Part shown: positions 11,669 through 22,115 of the stretch, in pieces | How positions within the stretch are numbered: the first letter of the stretch is position 1 | Layout of the letters: the number at the start of each line of letters is the position of its first letter | NCBI GenBank assembly: GCA_031835245.2 | Contig: JAVKOQ020000075.1 | Span: forward strand, 124,001-188,000 | Length of the DNA: 64,000 nucleotides | DNA from: Balamuthia mandrillaris | Taxonomy: Eukaryota | Reading direction: 5' to 3' | The notes under the pieces: generated by a model | Seen by the model: only the letters and a program-made list of their open reading frames with translations | The model's database searches: none | Told to the model about the DNA's origin: nothing | Made by a program: the position numbers and the translations under genes

Positions 11669-11823
11669 GCGGTTTCGCTTTCTCTTTGCATTACAATTTT
11701 ATTTTTGGTGTGAAAGGATGCGGGCCGTTCTCTGTGTCGTCAGGAACAGTATCAGGACGACGTGACTTCCCACCTGCATGCAAAAAACACAGGACCTAAC
11801 ATAACAACAAACACATACACACA

Positions 11824-12813
11824 ATGGGGTCACGGGTACGATTTGAAGACAACACCGACTCTGAGGAAGAAAACGAGGAGGAGGAGGAAGTGGGCCAAGT
11901 GGAACAACGTAACGAACGTTCCTCCGCAGCAACTCGAGAATCTGAGCTGGGGTTAGGAGCAAGTACGGATAGCTTCGACGACTGGGCGGTGCTTCACCAA
12001 CCGCTACCTTTCTACACGCGCCTTTCCAACTTTCTTGCTCGTCTCCTTCAATCCACGTTTTGTTCAATCTTCTACTTGCTCATGATAGTTCTTAACATTG
12101 GTCTGATCATATGGGTAGGTTTGATTTAATCGCTTAATACCTTATTTTCTTTCTTACTCCTCACCTTTTTTTTTGTTGCAGATTATCACCAGCGAAGAGT
12201 GGTAGTATCCTTATTTTTCCTTCCTTTCCTTCCTTTCCCTTCTTGTAAGTTTTATTTTCTTTTACTCGGACAACACCGTCACAAAGTCCTACGCATTGGT
12301 TGTTCATCAGCCTGGAGGTGCTGATCAACGTGACGTTGTTGGGGGAGGTCACGGCCAAGGCCATCGTGCAGGGCAAAAGCTTTTTCCGCTCGTACGCCAA
12401 CCTATTTGATATGTTCGTGACCATAGTCTGCGTGGCCTCGCTCTTTTTCTACCTCCAAGGCCCCTCCAAGACCGAGGAGATCGAGGACGTGCTCTCCGTT
12501 TTCCTGGTGGGCCTTCGTAACAGCCTCCAGTTCTTGCGGCTACTCATCCTTATCAAAAAGTTAGTTTTTGTATACTCTCTTCTCTTGGTGCACTTCCTAA
12601 CCTTAGTTCGCCTACAGCCAACAGCAAAAGTTTACAAATATGTCATCGTCGAACCGGATAGACTTAGCAACGGCCATGGAGGATGAGGAGGAAGCTAGGC
12701 CTTCCTCCACCTCGCAACGAATGGTGGACGTAGAGCTCGACTTGTTGACTTCTTCCGACGAAGAGGATTATGACAAGAAGAATGAAGGCGGCAGCAGGTC
12801 GCGTGGTAGATAG
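11824..12813 (+). CDS. Four-TM ion-transport / voltage-sensor-like domain protein
   Basis: S1 FYLLMIVLNIGLIIW, S2 LEVLINVTLLGEV, S3 FFRSYANLFDMFV, S4 GLRNSLQFLRLLILIK; no pore region before the stop. Confidence 0.7.
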
Positions 12814-13217
12814 CTGCCTTTTGGAGATATTCTTGGTTGTGCGGAAGGACAGCATCACTGTTCTGTTGCACGCTGCAGCTTATTATTATTATTATTTTTC
12901 TGTATAGAAGAGGTGAACGAGGAAAAAAAGGAGAAGAAGAAGAAAGGAGAAGAGGAGCTGTTACAATAGGACTACCAGACTGCTGCTACGCAAAGCGCCA
13001 GAAAGGCTGATGCTGCACCGAAATAAGCTATCCCGGCATGCCCGTGTATGTTAGAAATAGGCTCCTATTACAGGACCGATTACATTACATCCGGTTCGTG
13101 TGGCGTGGTACACGCCTAATAACGTTCCTTTTTTAAAAAAAATCAACAGAACGAGAGTAAGCCAGAAAAGGCCAAGGAAACAAGAGTGAGAAGGAGAGCT
13201 TGTAAGAACGCACCGGT

Positions 13218-13600
13218 GTTAGACCGTTTGACAGATTTGGTTGAGGATGATGGTGGTGACAGGGTACACGGCGGCACCTCCAATGCTGCATAATGAGAAA
13301 GATCAAAGACAATCATGAGTAACGCTGTGCATACACTGTACCCTTCCTTGGTGGAATTTGGAAACACCGAGCCATTGCCTTGTACCTGAGAGAAGAGAGC
13401 AGAGCTAAAAGAAGGTAACGTGAAAAAAGAACAAAAGAATGTTGTTTGCCGACACTACCCCTGATTCATGTAATGCAATGGAGGCTTTTTACTGAGCTAT
13501 TTGGGGCTGATATTCTCATCCTGAATACTCCCTCTTCTGCGATAAAAAGCAGGAGGAGATGAGAGAGGAGAAAGAGAGTAGAGGAGCTTACACTGGTGGC
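13218..13600 (-). pseudogene. Possible spliced 3' remnant of an unidentified gene
   Basis: Intron-like segments (polypyrimidine + CAG acceptors) separate short exon-like pieces ending IGGAAVYPVTTIILNQICQTV*; no clear start codon. Confidence 0.25.
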
Positions 13601-13654
13601 TTTCTATTGTGGTTTCTGCCGTCTCCAAAAAAAAAAAGGGGGAAAAACGTAGTT

Positions 13655-13737
13655 TCCTCCCAAGGCCAGCAGGGAGTGTAGTATTTGTTTCTTGTACGTT
13701 TGTAGAACTGCTTATAGTGTTGTGGATTGGGAGAAGC
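13655..13737 (-). repeat. Perfect 83-bp inverted copy of 14502-14584
   Basis: Reverse complement is identical to the segment encoding ASPNPQHYKQFYKRTRNKYYTPCWPWEE. Confidence 0.95.
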
Positions 13738-13944
13738 GGCAACGAAAGCAGGTCCTCGCAAAGTCCCAAAAAGCAGTGGGCACCTGCTGTGCCGCATACT
13801 GTGTCTCCACATGGTGTGTGCTGTCCTCTTCCTTCCTGCGCTTTTTTGTGCGAATGAGTAATGGCTGGGCGAGAGGTGGTGCGGAAGAGGGTTGAGGAAG
13901 TAGTAGTACACTTTGACTGACTTTCTTTGTTGCCTTTGTGTCAA

Positions 13945-15280
13945 GATCTGTACAGAGCCATCACAGAGGCCACAGAAGACCAAGCAGAACCGGCTTGCTT
14001 CGTTTGGACGACAACCATGCTTGGCCCCTCTGCAGCACTCCACCAGGCATGCAACTCATTGTTCGCGAGTGTTATCCGCGAATCTTCGAACTTTCACAGC
14101 GACTGGCCAAACAGAGGAGGGGCGGCGGCGGCGGTGTGGTCTTCAGCGGTAATCCAGGAATCGGTAAGGGCCACGACGACTTGTTTGCTTTCCTTCCTCC
14201 TCTAACTTCTCTCCCCTCCCCTCCTCTCCCTTCTCCCCTGGCAGGAAAGAGCTGGTTCCTGAATTACACTCTGTGGAGGTTGCTTCAGCAGAAAAAAACC
14301 GTTTTGGTTGAGTCGGTTGCACGAGAAAAAGTTTGGCTGTTCAAGGAGGGTCAGGTCCAAGAGGCTTCCCTTGAGAACACGAAACAGATCGTGGAGCTCT
14401 TTCAAACAGTGGAGAATGATACAGACGCATGGTATCTGTTTGACCCATGCGGCGACATTCCCAGAGAGCCAAAGCAAATGCTACCTTTCACGGTCGTCGC
14501 GGCTTCTCCCAATCCACAACACTATAAGCAGTTCTACAAACGTACAAGAAACAAATACTACACTCCCTGCTGGCCTTGGGAGGAGTTGAAGAAGCTGTGC
14601 GTCAAGCAGCCCAAACGGTGGCCCCAGGTAAACTGTGTTTTGGATTTGTGCTGTTTTGCTTTGGCAATTGTGGAGTGCTGATGTGGTTTCACTGGGGACA
14701 GGTCTTACCATGGATGAGGGGTATGACCACTTCAAGATTTTCGGCGGCATTCCCCGTTACGTCTATCGAACGAGCGAACAAGCCGAGAGCACAAAAGAGG
14801 AACTGGATGGCAAGATTCAACAGCTGGATATGCGCGCCCTCTCCCTGGTCCTAAATGACCTGGAGATGATAAGATACTATCAAGGCCAGCTTTCACACCA
14901 AGTACTGCAGTACAAGGTGGACCCCGAAACTTTCGAATCCAAGGGCATTCGGTATGCGTCGGACTACGTGAGAGACGCAATTTACGAACAGAAATTGAAG
15001 AACAACCAGTCAGAACTCGGGCGAGCCATCCCCGAGTTGCAAGGGGCTTTGGCAGGCGAAATTTTTGAGCGCTATGCCACCTCACGCCTTGCATCGGGAG
15101 GGTGCTTCCGAATTTATCCTTTGCATCCTGATGGGGGAAAGGCGGCTTGGCTGAGGATGCCTGCACGATCGAAAACCTCCTACGTGGGCTCGCTGAGCGA
15201 GATGAAAAAATGGCATCAAGTCGGTGCTGAGGAGATCTTGAGGTGTGCACCAAATTTTCCGGTCATCGATGCTCTTCTTC
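13945..15280 (+). pseudogene. Crinkler/RHS-type (CR) NTPase + restriction-endonuclease-fold protein, truncated
   Basis: LIVRECY, spliced Walker A SGNPGIG|KSWFL, WYLFD, VVAASPN..HYKQF, YYTPCWPWEEL, FGGIPRYV, YASDYV, GEIFE, NFPVIDA; the frame then runs into antisense gag; apparent frameshift near 13985; no header domain seen. Confidence 0.82.
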
Positions 15281-15972
15281 GCATGTCGTCGTCCTTCCCA
15301 GTCTCTAGCGAGGTCAGGGCATCAGCCATATTAGCGATGTCTTCCCGCCGAAGGAATTTCTCCTTCAGGTCCGGAACAGCGCCTGCAACGAACTTCTCGC
15401 TGAAATCCGTGAGGAAAGCCTCTCGCAGCGCTGTACGCACTCGCAAGTTCCACGCGTCCACAGACTCATCAACGTTCATCCGGAGGTTTACAAGCTTCAT
15501 GATCTTAGCAGTCGCTCGGTCACGATGCCGGAAGCAGTTGAGGAGCTGTGTTTTCGCCTCCGTGGGGGTTAGTAGGACTCCACCTTTCGTTCGTTCTTGC
15601 TCGAGGAAGCGGTGAACGACGTCAGCGTTGTCGCGAACTTGTCCTTCAAAGTGAAGGATATAGTCCTGATGACTCCAGCCAGCGGCGGTCGCATAGCGGT
15701 CGAACGAGGTCAAAAAGATGTTTGGGTCCTCGTTTGGCTTGCCATGGAAAGTCGGCAGCGTTTCTGCGGTAAGCAGACTCTGCGTCAGCCGAGCATCGCC
15801 CAAGCTGTCACCAGAATTGTGTTTGGCAGTACGTCGTCGTAAATCGTGACGGCGTGCCGTGAGATTGAGTGCGGGTTTTCTCCTTTTCTTCCTCCTCTTC
15901 GCTCGACGACGAAGAGCTGGACCCAGAGCCGAGACCATCGTCATCCTTAGCAACTTTGTCTGCAAGTTGGGC

Positions 15973-16100
15973 CTGACCGTATCGACCATATTGATTCTAA
16001 GTTGGAAACCTTTGCAGACGATCGTTCGCTTGTTTGATGCCGTTAGAGAGCTCGTCTGCAAAGGTTTCCAACTTAGAATCAATATGGTCGATACGGTCAG
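15973..16100. repeat. Perfect 49-bp inverted repeat with 30-bp spacer
   Basis: 15973-16021 is the exact reverse complement of 16052-16100. Confidence 0.97.
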
Positions 16101-16327
16101 ACAAAGAAGAAGCCTCCCTAGTCTGCTTGACCAAGAGCCTGTCGTGGTCCGCTCGGCTTGCGCGAAGCTCAGAGAGAGCTTGGTCTATGGCGTCTAGTCT
16201 GTCCATGGGAAGGGTTGTAGAAGTGGTAGTAGTAGGGGAAGGAGTGCCGGAAGCTGGAGGGATAGCACCACTGGAAAGTGGACCGCTCTGTGCACCAGAA
16301 GAAGGAGTTGTACCAAGAAAAAAGTAA

Positions 16328-16340
16328 GCCGATGTCGCCA
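16328..16340 (-). promoter_or_regulatory. Putative tRNA primer-binding site (tRNA-Ser-like)
   Basis: TGG-CGACATCG-GC lies 2 nt after a CA and upstream of gag; it is complementary to a tRNA 3' end GCCGAUGUCG-CCA with a G discriminator. Confidence 0.55.
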
Positions 16341-16342
16341 AG

Positions 16343-16830
16343 TGTGCTTTTTGTTCTTCTTCAATGGCACTTCATCTTTTTCTGCTTTGGTGCTATTGGG
16401 TGTGTTCACAATGAACTGAATTGCTTTTCATTATAAGCATTGCTCCATAGGTAGCTTTTTTTCTTGCAAAATAGCTGAAGGTCTGCTGGGTTGGTTTGTG
16501 TTTTGCTTTTGTTGAAGAGCTTGAATGCTTTTCTCTTGCTGATCTACTCGTTCTTTGAGCTGGTGCAATAAATAGAGAAGCTTCAAAAAAACCAGTGATC
16601 AGAAGATAGAGCCAAGTTATTTGAGCGAGCGAAGAAACACACAAAAGAGGAAAAGAGAAAAGAACAGCTTTCCCCTTCATTTTTTTTTTTTTTTTTGGTT
16701 TATAAGCTTTGTTATTATTTTATAACACACCAGCTCAAAGAACGAGTTACAACACAAAGAAAGAGGAAAAGAGAAAAGAACAGCTTTCCCCCTTCTTTTT
16801 TTTGGTTTATAAGCTTTGTTATTATTTAAT
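16343..16830 (-). repeat. Probable rearranged 5' LTR region with an imperfect ~75-bp direct duplication and a 20-bp inverted duplication; outer boundary uncertain
   Basis: ~16640-16719 is repeated at ~16752-16828; 16546-16565 is the reverse complement of 16728-16747. Confidence 0.5.
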
Positions 16831-17027
16831 AAGCTTCTCTAAAGTAACACTCATTTCGAACTGTGGAGGAGTATCCAAGCGAAACATGTAAAAACAGATG
16901 TCCTTAGTGGTTTTGCTTTTGTTAACTGTTACATAGGATTACCGGTATACATTGGGTAGAGATGCTGCATTCACGCTGTATGGTTTTCGCATGGGTTATT
17001 TGATATTGGGTTTGTTGTTTATGTTCT

Positions 17028-17203
17028 TCTGCCAATGATGAAAGAATCTTGTTCTGTGGCGGAGGCTGGTTTGGGGAAACTTAAGATTTTTGGTGTCAGG
17101 CGGGATTACTGCGGCTTTCATCAGAGGCAGACGTTGTTTTTGCAGTTGATGAGGCTGTGTGGCTTTCCTTCGCCACCACAGGGAGAGGGCCTCAGTCCTC
17201 ATT
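17028..17203 (+). ncRNA. Candidate structured RNA (C/D-snoRNA-like long hairpin plus a second hairpin)
   Basis: TCTGCC-aa-TGATGA ... CAGA-GGCAGA terminal motif; 15-nt antisense to conserved SSU rRNA helix 18; second hairpin at 17148-17203. Confidence 0.4.
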
Positions 17204-17581
17204 AAAAGCGAAGAGGGCGAAGAAAACCACCAAAAAAACAAGCAAAGAGCGGAGATAAAAGCAATTCCGAAAGATACTCACCAGGAAGGGAATGATCTTC
17301 TCACTTTATTCATTTTGTTTTGCTAATTTACGGAATAGCGTTCCTTTTATGGTCATATTATAGGTGTCGCTTCGAGGAAAAAATTGAATAGGTTAATTTT
17401 TTTGAATTGTTGTTGATCTTTATTCAAAAAAACGAGAAAACAAAATTGTCTGTGGAGTTGCTTTCAGCAAAGCACAAAAATAAGCGACACAAGTAAGACC
17501 AATTCGCTACTGTCACAAAAATCCTCCTTCACCTTCCACATAAAAAAAGGACCTACTACGCTGGAGTCTCCTTCGTTCCCA

Positions 17582-19275
17582 TCAGTTTAAGAGAAAATCG
17601 ATGGCACCTTTGCTGCTGTTATTGTTAGTGGTTTGAACGCTTCGCTGCTCTGTTCGTTCGCATAGTTCTTCCTCCTCTTCATCGGTAATCGCACAAGGTT
17701 CCTCCCGTTGCCGTAATACCTCAAACTGCCTCCGCTTTTGCTGTTCATCCTGTGAAGTTTGATCGTCGTTGTGATCCTCATCTCCTTCCTCTTCTTCCTC
17801 TACCTCTTCACCCTCACCTTCTTCCTCTGCGATGTCTTTTCCTTTCGATTTGCTAAAACTGCTTTTCCGTCTACCTCTACCCCTCCGTTTTCGTGTTCTT
17901 CCCGCTATAACCATATCTTCGTGTTGTTGTGTTGGTTGTGTGGCTCCGCTTCCTTCCACTGGTGACGCTGTGGCAGTGTTGGAAACGTTCTCTCTTGTTT
18001 TCTTTTTCTTTTTCCTTCTTTTTGCTTCACGTACTTTCTTTGCATAACGGAGCCCACATGCATTACAAAGCCTGAGATCGTTTGATTGCGTTTTGTTGCA
18101 AGGGGAGAGATCAGCAAGATCTTTAAAAAAACACAAGCCACAATGAAAAGATGTAAACGGCGTACGTGCGAGGACCCCGGGCACCGTTGCGCCACTCTGG
18201 AGTCTCTGTTGTCCCTGTTTGTAGACGGATTGGTTTTTAAGGGAAAAAAAAACGAAACGCAATCCGTCAGTCCGTCATAATCAGCGGCAAGTTGATGAGG
18301 ATGGAGATGAACAAGTAAAGAAAAACAGCGAAAATAAACGCACCGCATTCCTGGCACACAGGTGTGTTGCGCTTGGCCACTATCAAATTCTCCATCTCTC
18401 CCGCGGTTTCAATCATGCGCAGATGATCCTCCTGCGATAGGCCGTTTATCATCGCGCTGTGGGCGCCTTCCAGCACCTGACTTGCCTTTACCATGATCTG
18501 TAATATGGTTGTGAAAACCATATGCGTGTTAATTGAACGGAGGCAACACGGGAAAGAAAGCACAGGAGGTTCAAGGAAAGGTTGAAGGGGCATAGGTATA
18601 AAGTATGAAAGGTGCGCAATGAAAGGCAAAAATGAAATGGGGGAAAGAGGCGTGGGAGAGAGAAAGAAAAATTTGAAAAAGAATTGCGGAAGGAAAGCTG
18701 CTTGCACTTTCCTAACTAGAAAACCAGTTGCAGTGCACCCCGCACTAAAAACGGGCAAATTGGTGATTGGGGTTACACGGATGAGTGAGAGATGCTAGGC
18801 CACAGAGCTGTCTCTTGATGTTAGCGTCACATCCGGAATGGATTTGACCCAGGAAACCTCATCCGTGTGCGAAGATAAGTGAACCAGCACAAGGAAAAAC
18901 GGGTTCATCAAAAAAAAAAGAAGAGAAGGAAGAAGCGATGGGGGGGATGGGGGAGGAAAGATGTCGTGTGATAATATTGTAAAGTGAATGGCAGATATTC
19001 GGACGCGATGTTCCGGAAAGGAGTAATTGAGAGGGAGTACATCGGTCGATGCGCCAATGACCTTCACAAAAATAAATAAATAAAAAAAACAAATAAAAAA
19101 GTATCAAATCCTTTCCTCCCGCAACAACAAAAAAAATCGGAGTCACATCGCATATAAAAGAGCATCCAAATAACAAAACGTTGTAAACGCTTACCTTTGT
19201 CCAGTCTTCTTCGGTTGCAGCCGCTGAGGGAGGTGCCAGTTTGAACTTGGAGAAAAAACCTGGGTCTAGCGCCAT
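17582..19275 (-). CDS. GATA zinc-finger transcription factor
   Basis: Spliced CQECG|TTETPEWRNGARGPRT|LCNACGLRYAK (CxxC-x18-CxxC), basic tail, C-terminal IDFLLN. Confidence 0.88.
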
Positions 19276-19793
19276 GTCCTCTCTCAAAGATCCAACCCAC
19301 ACCCAAAGCCCAGCCCACCACCCACCAAAAAAAAAAGAAGAGGGAGAGAGAAAGAGAGAGAAAAGAGAAGGAAAGAAAAAAAAAGAGGGAGAAAAAAAAG
19401 AACCACAGGGGAGGACCTTAACGTTATTTTTTGTGGTTTTGTTGCTACTGTCCACAAAAAAAATCCTCCTCCTTTCTCTCTCTGCCCACAAAAAACCAGA
19501 ATTAAAAATCTACTTTTTTTTCCGATTGCGGCAACGGAGCCGAAAGCGGGAAAATGGCCGTTACATGGTACCCGCTGCTACGTATCTTTTGCTTTTTCAA
19601 AAATCTTTTTTTTTTTTTGTCAAGGCGTGGTGGTCCGTTGGTTGGAGGATTGTGAGCAGTGCGCCCATTGGCGGAAGAGGAGGAGGGTTGAAAAGAAAGG
19701 TAGCAAGGATAGAGGAGTAGGTTGGCTACGCTTGTTGGGCTAACGGGTTGTAGGGTAAAAGTATCAGAAACAAACAAAACAAAAAAACCGCAT

Positions 19794-20517
19794 TCAACTG
19801 TTTGTCTGTTGTTTTTGCCTATTCTCCGCTTCTCGACTGCTGTTCAAAGCACTCCGCGCTCTTGCGAACAGCTCTTGCTGTTCTCGAAGCAATTCTTCTT
19901 GGGATAGGCCAGAGGACTCCAAACTTTTTCGGATCTTCTTCGGCTTTTCCTGTAATGTTACCGTTAGCAAACGCCGTTTTCTTACTGGCTCGCAAAACCT
20001 CAAAGAAGAGAGAGAGAGAGAGAGAGAGAGAGAATAGGCGAGTACAAACCATGTTTTCTACTTCTTTTGATACGCTCCGCACCTCCTCCAAGTACTCCTC
20101 AAAGCCCAGCATCTACGAATGAGAGTTGGTGAGAGCAATATCAGACAAAGGGGAAAAAGAAGAACAAACCTGCAGCGCGTCTAAGATGTGTTGTGGAGCA
20201 ATGGTTTTCTTGTTTTCTTTTGAACAGATTTCATTGGCTTCTGAGGAGATCAGATGGATAAATTCTGGTTTTTTTTTTTTGTTAGCGAGATATAGCCTGA
20301 GTGAAGAGGACAAAATTGCTAGCTGCACGTACCAACACAACACTCCAATATGAGATCTCTTGTTTCATTAGCGCACTTTATTCCAGGGGGCAGCATCTCC
20401 TTGATAATCTTCGAGACCGTCGCTAATTACAAAAAAGTCAGTTTCCACCATCAAATCCACTATTTTCAAGTGTAGCGTACCTTTTGGGAGGGTCACATCT
20501 TCGGCAGAGGAAGACAT
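19794..20517 (-). CDS. DR1: Negative cofactor 2 beta / Dr1 (histone fold)
   Basis: EDVTLPK|TVSKIIKEMLP, EFIHLISSEANEICSKENKKTIAPQHILDAL, LGFEEY, SGLSQEELLREQQELFARAR. Confidence 0.93.
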
Positions 20518-20699
20518 CTTCGTTCTTGCACTGTGTGGCTGTTGTGTGTTTTTTTTTTCTTTTATTTTATTTGTCGACAGAAACTTCAAAAAGGAGACGA
20601 GCCAGGAGATGAGACACGCTAATGGACAGGAGAGACGGTATATTCATGGCGTCATGAAAACAAAATTGACACAAGCCTCAACTTGGTGCTGGAAGAAGG

Positions 20700-21706
20700 C
20701 TTGGTCAGAACAAGAATGAAGAGACCAAAGTTCTCAAGGGATAGAGAAGAGACCAATGACTTCTTGTGCAACAATAAAACAAGCTTTAAAAAGTCCAGTC
20801 TTTTGGTCTCTTCTGGGTTCGGCGATAGTTGGCTTTGTTGAATTCCATGCGGATACGCTGCAAACAAAAAGTTTCAAAAAAAAAAGTTAGGAACTGGAGC
20901 ATTATCAACAAAACTCACTTAGAGAAAAGTGTTTGTTGGTAAATGGATGTGGACGTACGTCTGCGCTTTTGATCATTTCCTCCGGTGTCAATACAAACTG
21001 ACTCCACAAGGGAGACTTTGGGGAAAGGCGATAGTAAGGACGGCGCTCTCCCCTGTAAGTCCACAACCCCCGTTTGTTGCCTACCTTCTTGCCAAACGCC
21101 ATTTCCGGGGTCACACCGTCACGCAGCGTGCGGTACCAACACAGCTCTCCGGTAGTGGGCAGTCGCAACACTACGTGCTGTACTCCGTCAATGTCTTTGA
21201 AGTCTCCTTCCTTCACGTTCTCGTTTGCGCCGACTAAGGGACCTGCGGGAACGAAAAAAAAAGTGAAAGAACGTTTTAAACACTGAATGGAAGTTTGAAA
21301 CGAGCAAAAATAAAAGGAAAAAAAAGTAACCTCGTGTAGGGTCGTTCAAATCTTCGAGAACGTCCTCGTTGGAGCTTTCGAAGTTCGCTGATTCTTGCTG
21401 CAGCTTTTGTTCCGCCAATAGCTCCTTTTTCTTCTTCTCTTTCTGCTTTTCCTTTTCTTTCTTCCTTTCTTCAGATTCTTGTTTTTTTTGTTGCTTTGTC
21501 TTCTTGGCTTTTGGCTCTGCTGCTTCCAAAACGGTAGCGGCATGGAATGCCCTCGCGCTGCCGCAGTGGCCTCCCAAGCCGCTCTGTGAACGCGACGTAG
21601 CACAACGGATATAGTTCGCACTCACTCTGCTTGCACATAGTGAAGGACCGCAGCTTCCCACCGGTGCCCGCAATGTCCACCCCCCCTTCCGAAGTGCTGT
21701 TCTCAT
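20700..21706 (-). CDS. Uncharacterised, probably mitochondrial protein; 3' end uncertain
   Basis: Arg/Ser-rich N-terminus ending ARAFHAA (transit-peptide-like), Lys-rich segment, further GT-AG exons. Confidence 0.6.
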
Positions 21707-21868
21707 TGCCAATCTTTCTTCTCTCTCCCTTTTTATTAATTTTTTTTATTGTTCGAGGAACCCTAGGTGAGGGTTAGCGGGCTGCAAAATCATTCGTGAC
21801 GACCCGGAGCAACTTGAAATCATGTCGTTGCGGATTGCATAACGTATGTTGGAGATTTTGTGTTTGGT

Positions 21869-22071
21869 TTATTTGGTGATGAAACTCTTTTTGGAGCCTT
21901 CGAAGCCAGGGCGCTTGGTTGCTGCTTTCTTTTTGCCTTTCATCCGCCTTGCTTTCTTCTTTTCTAGATATTCGGCAATGTTGTCGTTTCTCTTTTTTTG
22001 TTTTGCTGCTTGTTGTTTTTTCTCCTCTTTTTTCCTCGCATCCCTGGATAGAAAATAAAACTCGTAAGAGA

Positions 22072-22115
<44 letters not shown>

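Larger units (their letters stand above)
15280..16340 (-). mobile_element. gag: Truncated LTR-retrotransposon (Ty3/gypsy-like) gag with primer-binding site; no pol
   Basis: Coiled coil, then LPTFHGKPNEDPNIFLTSFDRYATAAGW and MHR-like LRMNVDESVDAWNLRVR; ORF is broken at ~15973-16021; TGGCGACATCGGC at 16340-16328. Confidence 0.8.

Noticed and set aside
15216..16197. Overlapping sense and antisense ORFs sharing identical peptides (ILSWKPLQT, INMVDTVR)
   Set aside because: Fully explained by the 49-bp inverted repeat, not by two genes.
15280..16340. Domesticated gag gene (Arc/PEG10-like)
   Set aside because: The ORF is disrupted, 3'-truncated and retains a PBS, which fits a decaying element better.
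16640..16830. CRISPR-like repeat array
   Set aside because: Only two imperfect copies in a eukaryotic TE context, with no regular spacers or cas genes.
17110..17180. Hammerhead ribozyme on the minus strand (CUGAUGA and GAAA present)
   Set aside because: Motif order and stems I-III could not be assembled into the hammerhead topology.
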